Origin: Vicugna vicugna
Lineage: Eukaryota
Assembly (NCBI GenBank): GCA_013265495.1
Contig: MU058241.1
Span: 683,249 to 747,248, forward strand
Reading direction: 5' to 3'
DNA: 64,000 nucleotides
Shown: positions 41,920 through 53,350 of the stretch, one piece after another
Numbering within the stretch: position 1 is the first letter of the stretch
How the letters are laid out: the number at the start of each line of letters is the position of its first letter
Notes under the pieces: model-generated
Database searches by the model: none
What the model saw: the letters and a program-made list of their open reading frames with translations, nothing else
What the model was told of the DNA's origin: nothing
Position numbers and translations under genes: made by a program

Positions 41920-43034
41920 GTGAGTACCGCCCTGCTGTGCCCTGGCCCCACCCCGCCCCCTCTAGCCCCGCCCCTGCTCTGGCTCCACCCTCACCCCGCT
42001 CTAGCCCCGCCCCCTGCACCTGGCCGGTCCTGGTGAAAAGCCAGAATAGGTACGTCAGTGCAGGTTCCTACGAAGTGAGGACTGTGTCTGAGCTCCTCTC
42101 TCCCAAGTGGGCCTGCTTCCTGGAGGTTATTCCACCTCCCTGGAGCCTGAGCTGTTCCTGGTGCCCTGCCCTCTCCCCCCTCTACTTCCTTTCCACACTT
42201 CCGTTTTTTTCCCACATCATGCATGCTCTTCCTTGTCTTTTAATCATAAATACAGATGGGGGCAGAAAAACCTACACTCTCATAGTAATCTGAATTTTTC
42301 TTTTAAATTAGGATTTTCAAATAGAACAATATAGGAAATCATATTTTTGCTAAGGAGCTTATGTTCTTACTACATTAAGACTCTGACCCAAATCACTCTA
42401 CTTGACTTACTGCTAAATCAACTAGATTACAAACAACTGTCACCTATTCTTTTCAAAACAGTGAGCCTCTTCTTGGTTTTTAAATTAACAAAGTACATAA
42501 TTTTTTTCCCAGCTTAAAACCTAACAAAAAGCCATGACAAAGGGCTGTGTTAATAAAATTGAGACGTCACCCTAGCTTTACGTCTGTTGATGGCTCACAT
42601 TTGCCGCCGTGGCTTTTTACACTTACAACTTAAGGACACATAAAACCACGAAGGGAGAGATTCGTGGGAGAGATTCGTGGCCCCTTGTTTGTAAGGACTG
42701 GCTGAATGCTGTCCCGATGTCCCCCCACTGAAATTCTGGGTCATAAAAGCATATGCTAATTTTTAAACTTTCTTTGAGGAACTGCAGAGGATTTTGGCTT
42801 GCTTACGTAACTGGGAACTTAAAGGAGCCTGCCGCCTTTCTCTTGTGGTTTTATGGTTTGGGGGAGGGAACAGACGAGACGGGGAGGGGAAGAGGAGAGG
42901 CGGAGGGAAGGAACGTGCGCAAGTTCAGAGTCAGCACGGGAAGGACCGCACGGACGTGGAGGCAGGCGGCGTCTGATGCCGCCTGCTGTTTCGTTTGCTC
43001 AGCATGGTGACACCGCTGTCCCGTCACTTCCTAG

Positions 43035-43093
43035 GGCCCCACCTTAAACACCGTCATCCCCAGCATTACAGGCCTTCTCCAGGAAGATTCTGA
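43035..43093 (+). CDS. ANOS1: Anosmin-1 terminal exon 14, coding part (His-rich tail and stop)
   Basis: Translated by hand as (R)PHLKHRHPQHYRPSPGRF* with TGA at 43091-43093. Acceptor tcctag. The ten exons sum to 1505 nt, which is in frame with a phase-1 entry. Confidence 0.93.
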
Positions 43094-46000
43094 GCTGCTC
43101 CCCGGGGAGCCTGAACCGCGTGGACCTGCGCGCTAGCGGGACGTCCAGGACTAGCCCGCCTCCCGGCGGGAGCGGGAGGTGCTTGCAGGGACCTCACGCT
43201 CCCGTCCACCCGCCGTGCCCCCGCCTTCCGCCGGCCCTGGACGCACCTGGAAGCCAGCGACGGACACCCGGCGAGCCCCCGGGGGTGGGGAGACCAGGCC
43301 TCATCCTGCCTCCCAGCGTGGCCTGGCCAACCCAAGCGCAGCCCTGCAGGCCTGACACGTCCCTGACCTGGGAGCCGCGACTTCGCAAAACACTCCGGCG
43401 CAGCGCAGTTTCCGCACGTCCGAGGCAGAAAGGTACCAGCCAACGTTCTGAAGTTCAGTTACTGATTTGATTGGAAAACCCCACTAAGCTTAGACAGTTT
43501 TAGGGCCGACTTACTCAGATATTTCTTGAGATGCTTTTTATCACGTGTGATTTCTTTTGTAACTGAAAATTTGTGACCTGCCATATACCAGTTAATTACA
43601 ACTTAACGAGCACCCACTTCAAGCACCAAAGCTCCATTTTCTACGAAGGCAAGTAAGAGTTCTGAAAACGAGGATGAGCAGAACAAACACATCCACGACA
43701 GGAGGGCGTCAGTCAGTGCTCTATGCTGCTACCCAGGCTCTGCCTTGGAGAAATTAAAATGCTTTTCTGGGGATACTTTTAAATGTTTCATCCTACAGTA
43801 CGGGAGATTTCCCTGATACATTGTTTATTTCTCCCTTAGTGTGGAAATCAGCTGCTGGTGTACTTTGTCACTTTCATGGATCGAAAACTTGACAAAACCT
43901 CTTGCTTGAAAGGAAAGAATCCCAACTATCGCATATTTCCTAATCTTTACTGCGACTTGCTTTTTCTCAATCAAAGCAAGCTATTGGTGTGGCAGAAATA
44001 AAAATCTCCGTGCAGTAAAGAAAGGCAGAGGGGCTTGGATGGGTACAGAATGACAGCTGTTTACCTTTGATTAACCTTTCTTTACTCTTTACTCTTTCAA
44101 ATCTATTATCTCTTATTTGAAAAAATGTTCTCAGGCTCTGAACTGTCCCTTTATAGCATACACTCTAGTCGTCAAAACATGTTGTCAACATATAGCATTG
44201 CAAGATATACTGGGGCAGCCTTAAACCCCAAAATGTTTAGTTTAATACAGTTTTTCCCTCAAAATACCCACATACACGTTTTGAAATAGGCGTATGTGTA
44301 TGTGAGTCTGTATATGCATGTGTGTGTACATGCATATATGTACCTGTAAAAATACACACAAACTCACACACACACACATGCCTGAAGTAGAAATCACTTG
44401 AACTGTTTTCACAGCTCACCAAGCTGGATAAAGATACGGTTCTTCTAAAGATCATGAGGACAATCTATTTTCCCCACTGATACTGGTTCTATGAGGAAAG
44501 AGCAACTTTGCAGAATCCAACAGTTTAATGGGAAGGCTCCCTCGTGTCATGCTCTACACAGGTCAAGTCAAACAAGGGCATTTTTAGGATCGGTTTCCTT
44601 GGGTTTTTGCGCCGGGACTTGGTGGCGGGCATTTTGTCGAGGTTCCTGAGGGCCGGCAGGTGCCCTGACCGCTCCCGGCAGGTGGAAGAGAAGACAGAAG
44701 TTTGCTGTGTGAGGCTTCACGCTCTGTCTAAAAGCAGAGGCCACAGAAGACGCAGAGCACCTATTTCTACTGCTACATTCAGGATGCCTACCATTCAGGA
44801 ACACAGCCTTCCTACCGTGGTTAGGGAAACCCCCTGGTCCCGCCAGTTACGTATTTTGAGTGGAGAGAACAGGAAATGCGGCCTTCATTTGAAACACCCT
44901 TGAGCCTGAGCAAACATCTTCTCTGAAACTACCATTTATTCCACTGCCACTCCCAGCACCTGAATTCCAAATTCTTAAAATTTCAAAAGTGAAGACTTCA
45001 AATTATTGGCCACGAGTGTCTCCTCTACCTTAATTTGCCCTAAACAAATCCAGGTATTTGTGCCAGCAAATCTTTGTACTGTTGTATAGTTTAAAATGCA
45101 GGCATATATGCAGAGATACAAAATACTATTAAATTATTAAGTAAGTTTACTTTTATAACATTTAACGATGTTTCTTTTAAATAGACATTGAGTGAATATA
45201 TTTTTAGTTCAGATAAAGGTTCTAAAGCTTACACCTTCCTTGAAAACTCTAAAGCAGCTCTTATGAGCATTTAATTTTTCTATAATGTTCAGTAATTTAA
45301 ATTTCATTAGTCTTATTGGAAGAAAAAATGCTATAAATTAGGCAATAAAAACGGTTCTTTGGTAAATTTCAGTCATCTTCTATAACTATGCACATGAGCA
45401 AAGACAGAATGACAACTTTTTGAATTTTTCAAATGTGACTGCCCTAATAAAAAGCTGAAAGTGTTTGTTTTTTATTTAAAACATAGTTTTAGTGGCTGAT
45501 TCTGTGATATGTTTTGCTGAAATTAGATGCATTTCTCTCATAAAAAAATACAAAGTGATAGTAGTTACTCTCTAAAAAACTGAGCTTATGAGAAGTATGC
45601 AGTCACCCAACACAGGGGCTCACTCAGTTTACATCACAGCTTCATGTTCTGTTTATTGAGAGCGTCCGTCCTCAGCGGTGGGCTGATCTGCACTGCCCTG
45701 TGGTCTAAGTGGACTCTCTGGGGCCATAAACAAATGCGTGTCCCTTCACAACAGCCGCTGGTTTAGTATGACATATTAAAGACAGTAAGGTTGATGACAG
45801 GTAATGTTTTGAAATGCTTGTTAAACAAAATTCAAAGTTTAAAAATACCTCTCTGCCCCAGAAACCTGAAAGAACCTATAACCCACCACAGAGCTGGCTT
45901 TCTGCCCTCAGCACTGCTGAGATCTGGGGCTGCGTGGTCCTCCGTGGTGGGACGTCCTGGGCACTGTAGGATGGTGATGCCAGGAGTGCCCCCCCCCCAA

Positions 46001-46935
46001 CAGGTGTAACCAGCACCAGGTCCCAGACGTCGCCCACCATCCGGGGGATGAGGGTGCCCCCGGTGGAGAGTCGCTGCGTCCAGGGTAATCGTTACTGAAG
46101 GATGAGAATCTGCCCTGGGTGGGGAACCAAGTAAACTGCGGGAGAAGCGACGGCTGGGAGGTTATCACACGAGACTTCAAAGCCCTACGTGTACCTTTTA
46201 TCTCCACTGAAAAAGCTGACGAGAAGGCTGAGTTTGGGCTTGCGTCTGCCTCACAAGGACGCACGGGCGTTCTGTCCTACGGCTCCATCCCCATCACCTG
46301 TGGTAACGGCGCGTTCACTTAGTGCCCCTTCCTACAGCGGTGGCAGTGGCGTGTGCCGTGGAGACAAGTGTCCTGTCCTCATTCCTGGGACTGCAAATCT
46401 CTCTCAATCTTGTTATGCGAACGTTCACATTGTCACCAGAACACAGAGGCTAAGTACCTGTTGCATGTACTTTAAAATTCACTTAAAATACAAATAAACG
46501 CGTGAAGAAGGCGACTCTGCTCTGTGGTTTTGCATGGACTCACCGTGTTCTGAATGTTTTACCAAGTCACACAGCTCACAGAGTAATGACCACAGGTCTG
46601 TACACAGAGCTGTCATTACTTCTTGTTTACTTAATTACATTGTAGTGTGCAGATGACAGAACGGCTCCCTTCTCATCCAGACGGTTTATAGACACGTCCT
46701 TTAGAGTGGTCGCTTAAAGTCAATATTTATTTATGTATGTAATAAAAAAGGTTGATTTCTGTGTGTGTGTCTGTCATGTTTAGAGAGAAGTAATCTTGTA
46801 AAAAAAAGTTTGTAAAAAACAAAAAAGTATTGTAAATAGACACTTATCGATTGTAAGTAGATACTCCGTGACTCACTGTCTTCATGTTAGAGTTTGTACA
46901 TACTGATTCCCTAATAAAGGATCTTTAAACCTGCC
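43094..46935 (+). other. ANOS1: Probable ANOS1 3' UTR (~3.8 kb)
   Basis: Follows the stop codon, has few interspersed repeats, and ends in an AU-rich block with AATAAA at 46741 and 46913. The end point is inferred. Confidence 0.65.
46913..46918 (+). terminator. Candidate distal polyadenylation signal AATAAA (alternative at 46741-46746)
   Basis: Canonical hexamer preceded by several TGTA motifs (CFIm-type) and followed by a T-rich tract. Confidence 0.6.
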
Positions 46936-48335
46936 CAGGGGACTAGATTCCTTTTCTGCCTGAAAAAGACATACACACCCATTTTTTTTCCATCTGAAAA
47001 GGAAAATTAACAGCTCCCTCTGATCCCAGGGAGCCTGCACAAGCTCGCTCCCCGTCTGTCTGAATGGGAGCTGAGGGCCGCTCAGTACCAGGCAGAACTT
47101 CCTCCTGACGGAATTGTTTATGGTCCGACAGTCAACGCTTCAGAATTCTTTCATCGCATTTAAAACCACTACTGATGGTTTTGGTGGCATCTGCTACCAA
47201 CAGTCTGATTTTAAATCACCATCCCACCCAGAACAGATCCGTAAAATGGAAGGTATGCGTCGGGCTAGTAAGCTTTCGCCCCCATTCCTGTGTTTTCAGG
47301 CCATTGGAGGCTCCTGTGTCCAAGAGGAGGTGGGAGAGGTTACTGTGTCCCTGGGGCTGACACATGGTGCACCCAGGGCATCTCCTTGGGTGAATCAGAA
47401 GCATGCTGGCCCATGAACATGAGGGATAAAGTGTTACCTAGAAAACCTGGCTTATCTCTGCGTAAATTCGCCTATTTATTTATGTATACATCTATTCATT
47501 AGAAATGCCCTTAGTTTCTGCCGTGGGCTTGGTCCCGTCCTGTAGGCGGGACCCTGACTAGGAATGGCGGGAGAGCCCTGGCTTTGTCTGCGGGGTAAAT
47601 GATCCCTCTGATTTTCAAATTAAGAGTAAGCAGAGGTGACGACATAGGCGGAGCCCTCCTGGTCCTGCCCTGGCTTTGACCCTTACCCTCCTGAGCACGG
47701 CGCTCCTGAGCACAGCTACCGAGGCCACCCTGCTGCCTGAGCCCCGTCGTCACAGAGGCGTCAGCCCGAACACCCCCCGCCCCGGACGCTCCCATGTCCT
47801 CGGCTGCTCCCCACAACTGCATGGCCTGTGGCCCACCTGCGGGTCCTCCACCCTTCACTCTTCCGCCCTCTCCTGCGAAGAGCGGGGCAACGGTGGGTCC
47901 CCCGCCAGAGGTTAGGCTGGAGGGCTACAAGAAAACTCAACTTCTGCCACATGCTTTCCACTCGGGCTACACTGTAGGGTCCAGGGGGCTGCTGGGCAGG
48001 TGGGATGCCACAGCAGAGACTCAGACCCAACGAGTATTTTTAGCATTGTTTCTCTTGGGGACATGTTTTCACACAGATGTGTCTTGAGAACATGTCTTTG
48101 CTCTAATTGGAAGACATTTCCATACACCAGCCACTGAAGGGAACTGTCACGCACACAGACGGAGCTGTGACTGACAGAATTTTAAAAAGAGAAAGGATTG
48201 GGGCCCTCTTGTGCCATGAACATGGACGGTGCCTGTCCTTTCTCTGCCTCTGACCCTCAGTGCAAAGACTTTCCCTCTCCACAGATACTGTGAGGGTTGT
48301 AAATAGCTATGCAGAGGTGCTGCGAAATTCCAAAA

Positions 48336-48347
48336 AGAGAGAGAGAG

Positions 48348-48378
<31 letters not shown>
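48336..48378. repeat. Compound (GA)n(GT)n microsatellite
   Basis: Read directly. Confidence 0.95.
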
Positions 48379-48636
48379 CTAAAAATGTCAGATAACTGGG
48401 GGGTTATCCCTAAATAATTCACTGCAACTAATAGGAATTAATTACATTTGCACCAGTACTTTCTGTCATCAATCCCTGGGGGTCACGGAACGTACTTTAC
48501 AATAAGATGAGGAAAGTGAACAGCTCATCTAGGGTCTCTAAGAGTGAAAGGCTCTGATCTACGGACAACAAAGTAGGAGGAACTTGGCAAGGCAAAGGCT
48601 AAGAATGACAACATTTACAATTAAGACATCAATGGT

Positions 48637-51246
48637 GGCTTCACCGGGGAATTCTACCAAACATACAAAGAAGAACTCATACCAGTCCTTCTCAAACTCT
48701 TCCAGACGACTGAAAAGGAGGGAATACTCCCAAACTCACTCTATGAAGCCACCATCACCCTGATACCAAAACCAGGCAAAGACACTACAAAAAAAGAGAA
48801 TTATAGGCCAATATCACTGATGAACATAGACGCCAAAATCCTCACCAAAATATTAGCAAATAGAATCCAACAACACATAAAAAAGATTATACATCACGAC
48901 CAAGTGGGGTTCATCCCAGGGACACAAGGGTGGTTCAACACACGCAAATCAATCAATGTAATACATCACATCAACAAGAGAAAGGACAGAAACCACATGA
49001 TCATTTCAATAGATGCAGAAAAAGCATTTGATAAAATTCAGCACCCATTTATGATAAAAACTCTCGCCAAAGTGGGTATAGAGGGAACATATCTCAACAT
49101 AATCAAAGCTATATATGACAAACCTACAGCCAGCATAGTACTCAACGGTGAAAAACTCAAAAGCTTCCCACTAAAATCTGGGACAAGACAAGGATGCCCA
49201 CTATCACCACTCCTATTCAACATAGTCCTGGAAGTCCTAGCCACAGCAATCAGGCAAGAGAAAGAAATAAAAGGGATCCAAATTGGAAAAGAAGAGGTAA
49301 AAGTGTCATTATATGCTGACGACATGTTACTATATATAGAAAACCCTAAAAGGTCCACAAAAAAGCTACTAGAGCTGATCGAAGAATTCAGCAAGGTAGC
49401 AGGTTACAAAATTAATGTTCAAAAATCAGTTGCCTTTCTTTACACTAACGATAAATCAACAGAAAAAGAAAGTAAAGAAACAATCCCCTTTAAAATAGCA
49501 CCCAAAGTAATAAAATATCTGGGAATAAATCTAACCAAGGAGGTGAAAGAATTATACACAGAAAACTATAAACCATTGATGAAGGAAATTAAAGAAGACT
49601 TTAAAAAATGGAAAGATATTCCATGCTCTTGGATTGGAAGAATCAATATTGTTAAAATGGTCACACTGCCCAAGGCAATCTACAGATTTAATGCAATCCC
49701 TATCCAATTACCCAGGACATATTTCACAGAACTAGAACAAATCATAATAAAATTTATATGGAACCATCAAAGACCTAGAATTGCTAAAGCATTACTGAAG
49801 AGAAAGAAAGAGGCTGGAGGAATAACTCTCCCAGACTTCAGACAATACTATAGAGCTACAGTCATCAAGACAGCATGGTATTGGTACCAAAACAGACATA
49901 TAGACCAATGGAACAGAATAGAGAGCCCAGAAATGAACCCACAAACTTTTGGTCAACTCATCTTCGACAAAGGAGGCAAGAATATACAATGGAATAAAGA
50001 CAGTCTCTTCAGCAAATGGTGTTGGGAAAACTGGACAGCAGCATGTAAAACAATGAAGCTAGAACACACCCTTACACCATATACAAAAATCAACTCAAAA
50101 TGGATTAAAGACTTAAACATAAGACAAGATACAATAAACCTCCTAGAGGAAAACATAGGCAAAACATTATCTGACATACATTTCAAAAATTTTCTCCTAG
50201 AAGAAATAAAAGCAAGAATAAACAAATGGGACCTAATGAAACTTACAAGCTTCTGCAGAGCAAAGGAAACCAGAAATAAAACAAGAAGAAAACCTACGGA
50301 ATGGGAGAAAATTTTTGCAAGTGAAACCGACAAAGGCTTGATCTCCAAAATATATAAGCAGCTCATACGACTCAATAAGAAAAAAATAAACAACCCAATC
50401 CAAAAATGGGCAGAAGACCTAAACAAGCAATTCTCCAAGGAAGACATACAAATGATCAAAAAGCACATGAAAAAATGTTCAATATCACTAATTATCAGAG
50501 AAATGCAAATCAAAACTACAATGAGGTATCACCTCACACCAGTCAGAATGGCCGTCATTCAAAAATCCAAAAATGACAAATGCTGGAGAGGCTGTGGAGA
50601 AAGGGGAACCCTCCTACACTGCTGGTGGGAATGCAGTTTGGTGCAGCCACTATGGAAAACAGTGTGGAGATTCCTCAAAAGACTAGGAATAGACTTACCA
50701 TATGACCCAGGAATCCCACTCCTGGGCTTGTACCCAGAAGGAAATCTACTTCAGGATGACACCTGCACCCCAATGTTCATAGCAGCACTATTTACAATAG
50801 CCAAAACATGGAAACAGCCTAAATGTCCATCAACAGGTGACTGGATAAAGAAGATGTGGTATATTTATACAATGGAATACTACTCAGCCATAAAAACCGA
50901 CAACATAATGCCATTTGCAGCAACATGGATGCTCCTGGAGAATGTCATTCTAAATGAAGTAAGCCAGAAAGAGAAAGAAAATAGACTTACAGACACAGAA
51001 CACAAACTTGTGGTCGCCAAGGGGGCAGAGGGTGGGGAGAGAGACTGAGATTTCAAAATCGTAGAATAGATAAGCAAGATTCTACTGTATAGCACAGGGA
51101 AATATATACAAGATCTTACGGTAGCTCACAGAGAAAAAAATGTGAAAATGAATATATATATGTTCATGTATAACAAAAATTTTGTGCTCCACTGGAATTT
51201 GACACAGTAAAATGACTATAAATCAATAAAAAATGTTAAAAAAAAA
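48637..51246 (+). mobile_element. Young 5'-truncated L1 (~2.6 kb) with an uninterrupted ORF2 reverse transcriptase and C-terminal domain
   Basis: ORF 48820-51048, extendable in frame to GFTGEFYQ at 48637. Contains [12 protein letters not shown] and the zinc knuckle CWRGC...HCWWEC. Followed by 3' UTR, AATAAA and A-tail. Possible short TSD aatggt (48631-48636) / aacggt (51245-51250). No endonuclease domain, ORF1 or promoter. Confidence 0.97.
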
Positions 51247-51517
51247 CGGTAAGTGTGAAAAGTAAGCAGAGGCACTGAGAGGGCATTTATAAGATGTGGA
51301 GAATAGGGCAGAGAAAGAGTGAGGAGGTAAGGAAGTGGGGAGAGACCGTGACATCAGGACGCGATCACTGAAGACTTGCCAGGAAGATGCCTGCGATGTG
51401 TGGACCTGAGGGAGAATCAGGGGCTGAGGAAGCGTGCTGTCCAGCCTCACCATGTGCATTTGGTTTCATGGTCTGCTGATCTTAAAGAAGCCATATGCAA
51501 TTGTAAGAAATAATAAA

Positions 51518-53172
51518 GGGAGGAGGAGGATGAAGATGGTGGAGCAGGAGGATGCGGGGTCCACTGCATCCCACAGACACATCAAAAATACATCTATATG
51601 TGGAACTGTTCTCATAGAAAACCACCCGGAAACTGGCAGATCTCTTTACCACCAAAGCTCCAGAAAGATACCCTTTTCCCAGACTTCAGACAGTACTACA
51701 GAGCTACAGTAATAAAAACACCATGGTGTTCGCACAAGGACAGACATGGATCAACAGAACCAAATAGAGAGACCAGAAATAAACCCACATGCCCATGGCC
51801 AATTAATGTGCAACAATGGAGGCAGGAATGCACAATGGGGAAAAGACAGTCTCTTCAGCAGGTGCTGCTGGGAAAGTTGGACAATTGCATGTAAATCAGT
51901 GAAGTCAGAGCACTCCTTCACACCATACACACAAATAAATTAGGTCTTTATACCATTCTGAGTTTAAGACATGACATCATAAAATTTCTACAAGAGAACA
52001 TAGGCAAAGCATTCTCAGACATAAATCATAGCAACATTTTCTTAGATCAGTCTCCCAAGGCACAAAAAATAAATGCAAACATAAACAAACAGGGCTTAAT
52101 CTATCTTAAAAGCTTTTGCACAGCAAAAGAAACCATAAACAACACAATCTACAGACTGGGAGAAAGTATTTGCAAATGATGGGACTGACAAGGGGTTAAT
52201 ATCTAAAATATAGTAATGGCTCACACAGTTTAATATCAAAAAAAACAACCCTATGTAAAAATGGTCAGAAGGCCTAAAAATATTTCTCCAAACATGACAT
52301 GCACATGGCTAACAGGCACATGAGAAGATATGCTCAGTATCACTAATTATCAGAGAAAAGCAATTCAAAACTACAAGTAGATACCACCTCATACCAGTCA
52401 GAATGGCCATCATTCAAAAGGCCACAAATGACAAATGCTGGAGAGGCTGTGGAGAAAAGGGAACCCTTCTACACTGTTGGTGGGGCTGTAGTTTGGTGCA
52501 GCCATTATGAAGAACAGGATGGAGGTTCCTTGAAAAACTAAAAGTAGACCTACAATATGATCCAGCAATCCCACTCCTGGGCATATATCTGGAAAATATG
52601 AAAACTCTAATTCAAAAAGATACCTGTACCCCAGTGTTCCTAGCAGCACTATTTACAGTAGCCAAGACGTGGAAGCAACGTAAATGTCCACTGACAGATG
52701 ACTGGATAAAGAATATGTGGTGTATTTACACAACGGACTATTACTCAGCCATAAAAAGAATGAAGTGTGGTCATTTGCAGCAACTTAGATCTAGAGATGA
52801 TCACACTAAGTGAAGTAAGTCTGACAGAGAAAGAAAAATATCATATGATATCACTTCTATGTGGAGTCTAAAAAAAAGACACAAATGAACTTATTTACAA
52901 AGCAGAAACAGACTTACCGGCAAAACAAACTTACGGTTACCAATGAGGAAAGAAAATGGGGGAGGGACAAATTGGGACTACAGGATTTGCAGATATGCAC
53001 CACTACATACAAAACAGATAAACAATACGGATTTACTGTAGGGCACACAGTATCTTGTATTAACCTGCAATGGAAAAGAATCTAAAAACACATGCATCTA
53101 TTACTAACTGAATCACTTTACTGCACATCTGAAATGAACACATTTTAAGTCAATTATACTTCAATTAATAAA
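51518..53172 (+). mobile_element. Older, internally deleted L1: ~150 bp 5' UTR start joined to decayed ORF2 3' third and 3' UTR
   Basis: From ~51675 it aligns by eye to the neighbouring L1 from ~49830 (cccagacttcagaca). Frameshifted ORF2 remnants include QQNQIERPEINPH and KDTCTPVFLAALFTVAKTWKQ. The 5' part has an aagatgg motif and catcaaaaatacatctatatgtggaac. Confidence 0.85.
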
Positions 53173-53185
53173 AAGGAGTAATAGA

Positions 53186-53350
53186 TTGTTACCCTACAAC
53201 TCCATCCAGTTCCCCCCACTGGTAACATGTCCAAAGCTACAACGTCACAACCCAGAAAGTGACACTGACACCGTCCACATAGCTGATTCAGATTTCCCTG
53301 GATTCACACGCATACATACGTGTGTGTTTAGTTCTATGTGGTTTTATTAC
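53186..53350 (-). mobile_element. L1MC-like 3' end fragment, continuing a piece at ~51485-51517
   Basis: ccagttccccccactggtaacat...gacactgacaccgtccac...ttcagatttccc...gtgtgtgtttagttctatg matches the remembered L1MC1 3' end. Confidence 0.55.

Noticed and set aside
48820..51048. 742-aa reverse transcriptase ORF as a novel or domesticated RT gene
   Set aside because: It is collinear with L1 ORF2, 5'-truncated, and followed by an L1 3' UTR and A-tail. Nothing in the sequence indicates a dedicated promoter or exon structure.
49038..51095. Hydrophobic minus-strand ORFs (118, 65, 186 and 71 aa)
   Set aside because: These are the usual antisense frames of A-rich L1 ORF2.
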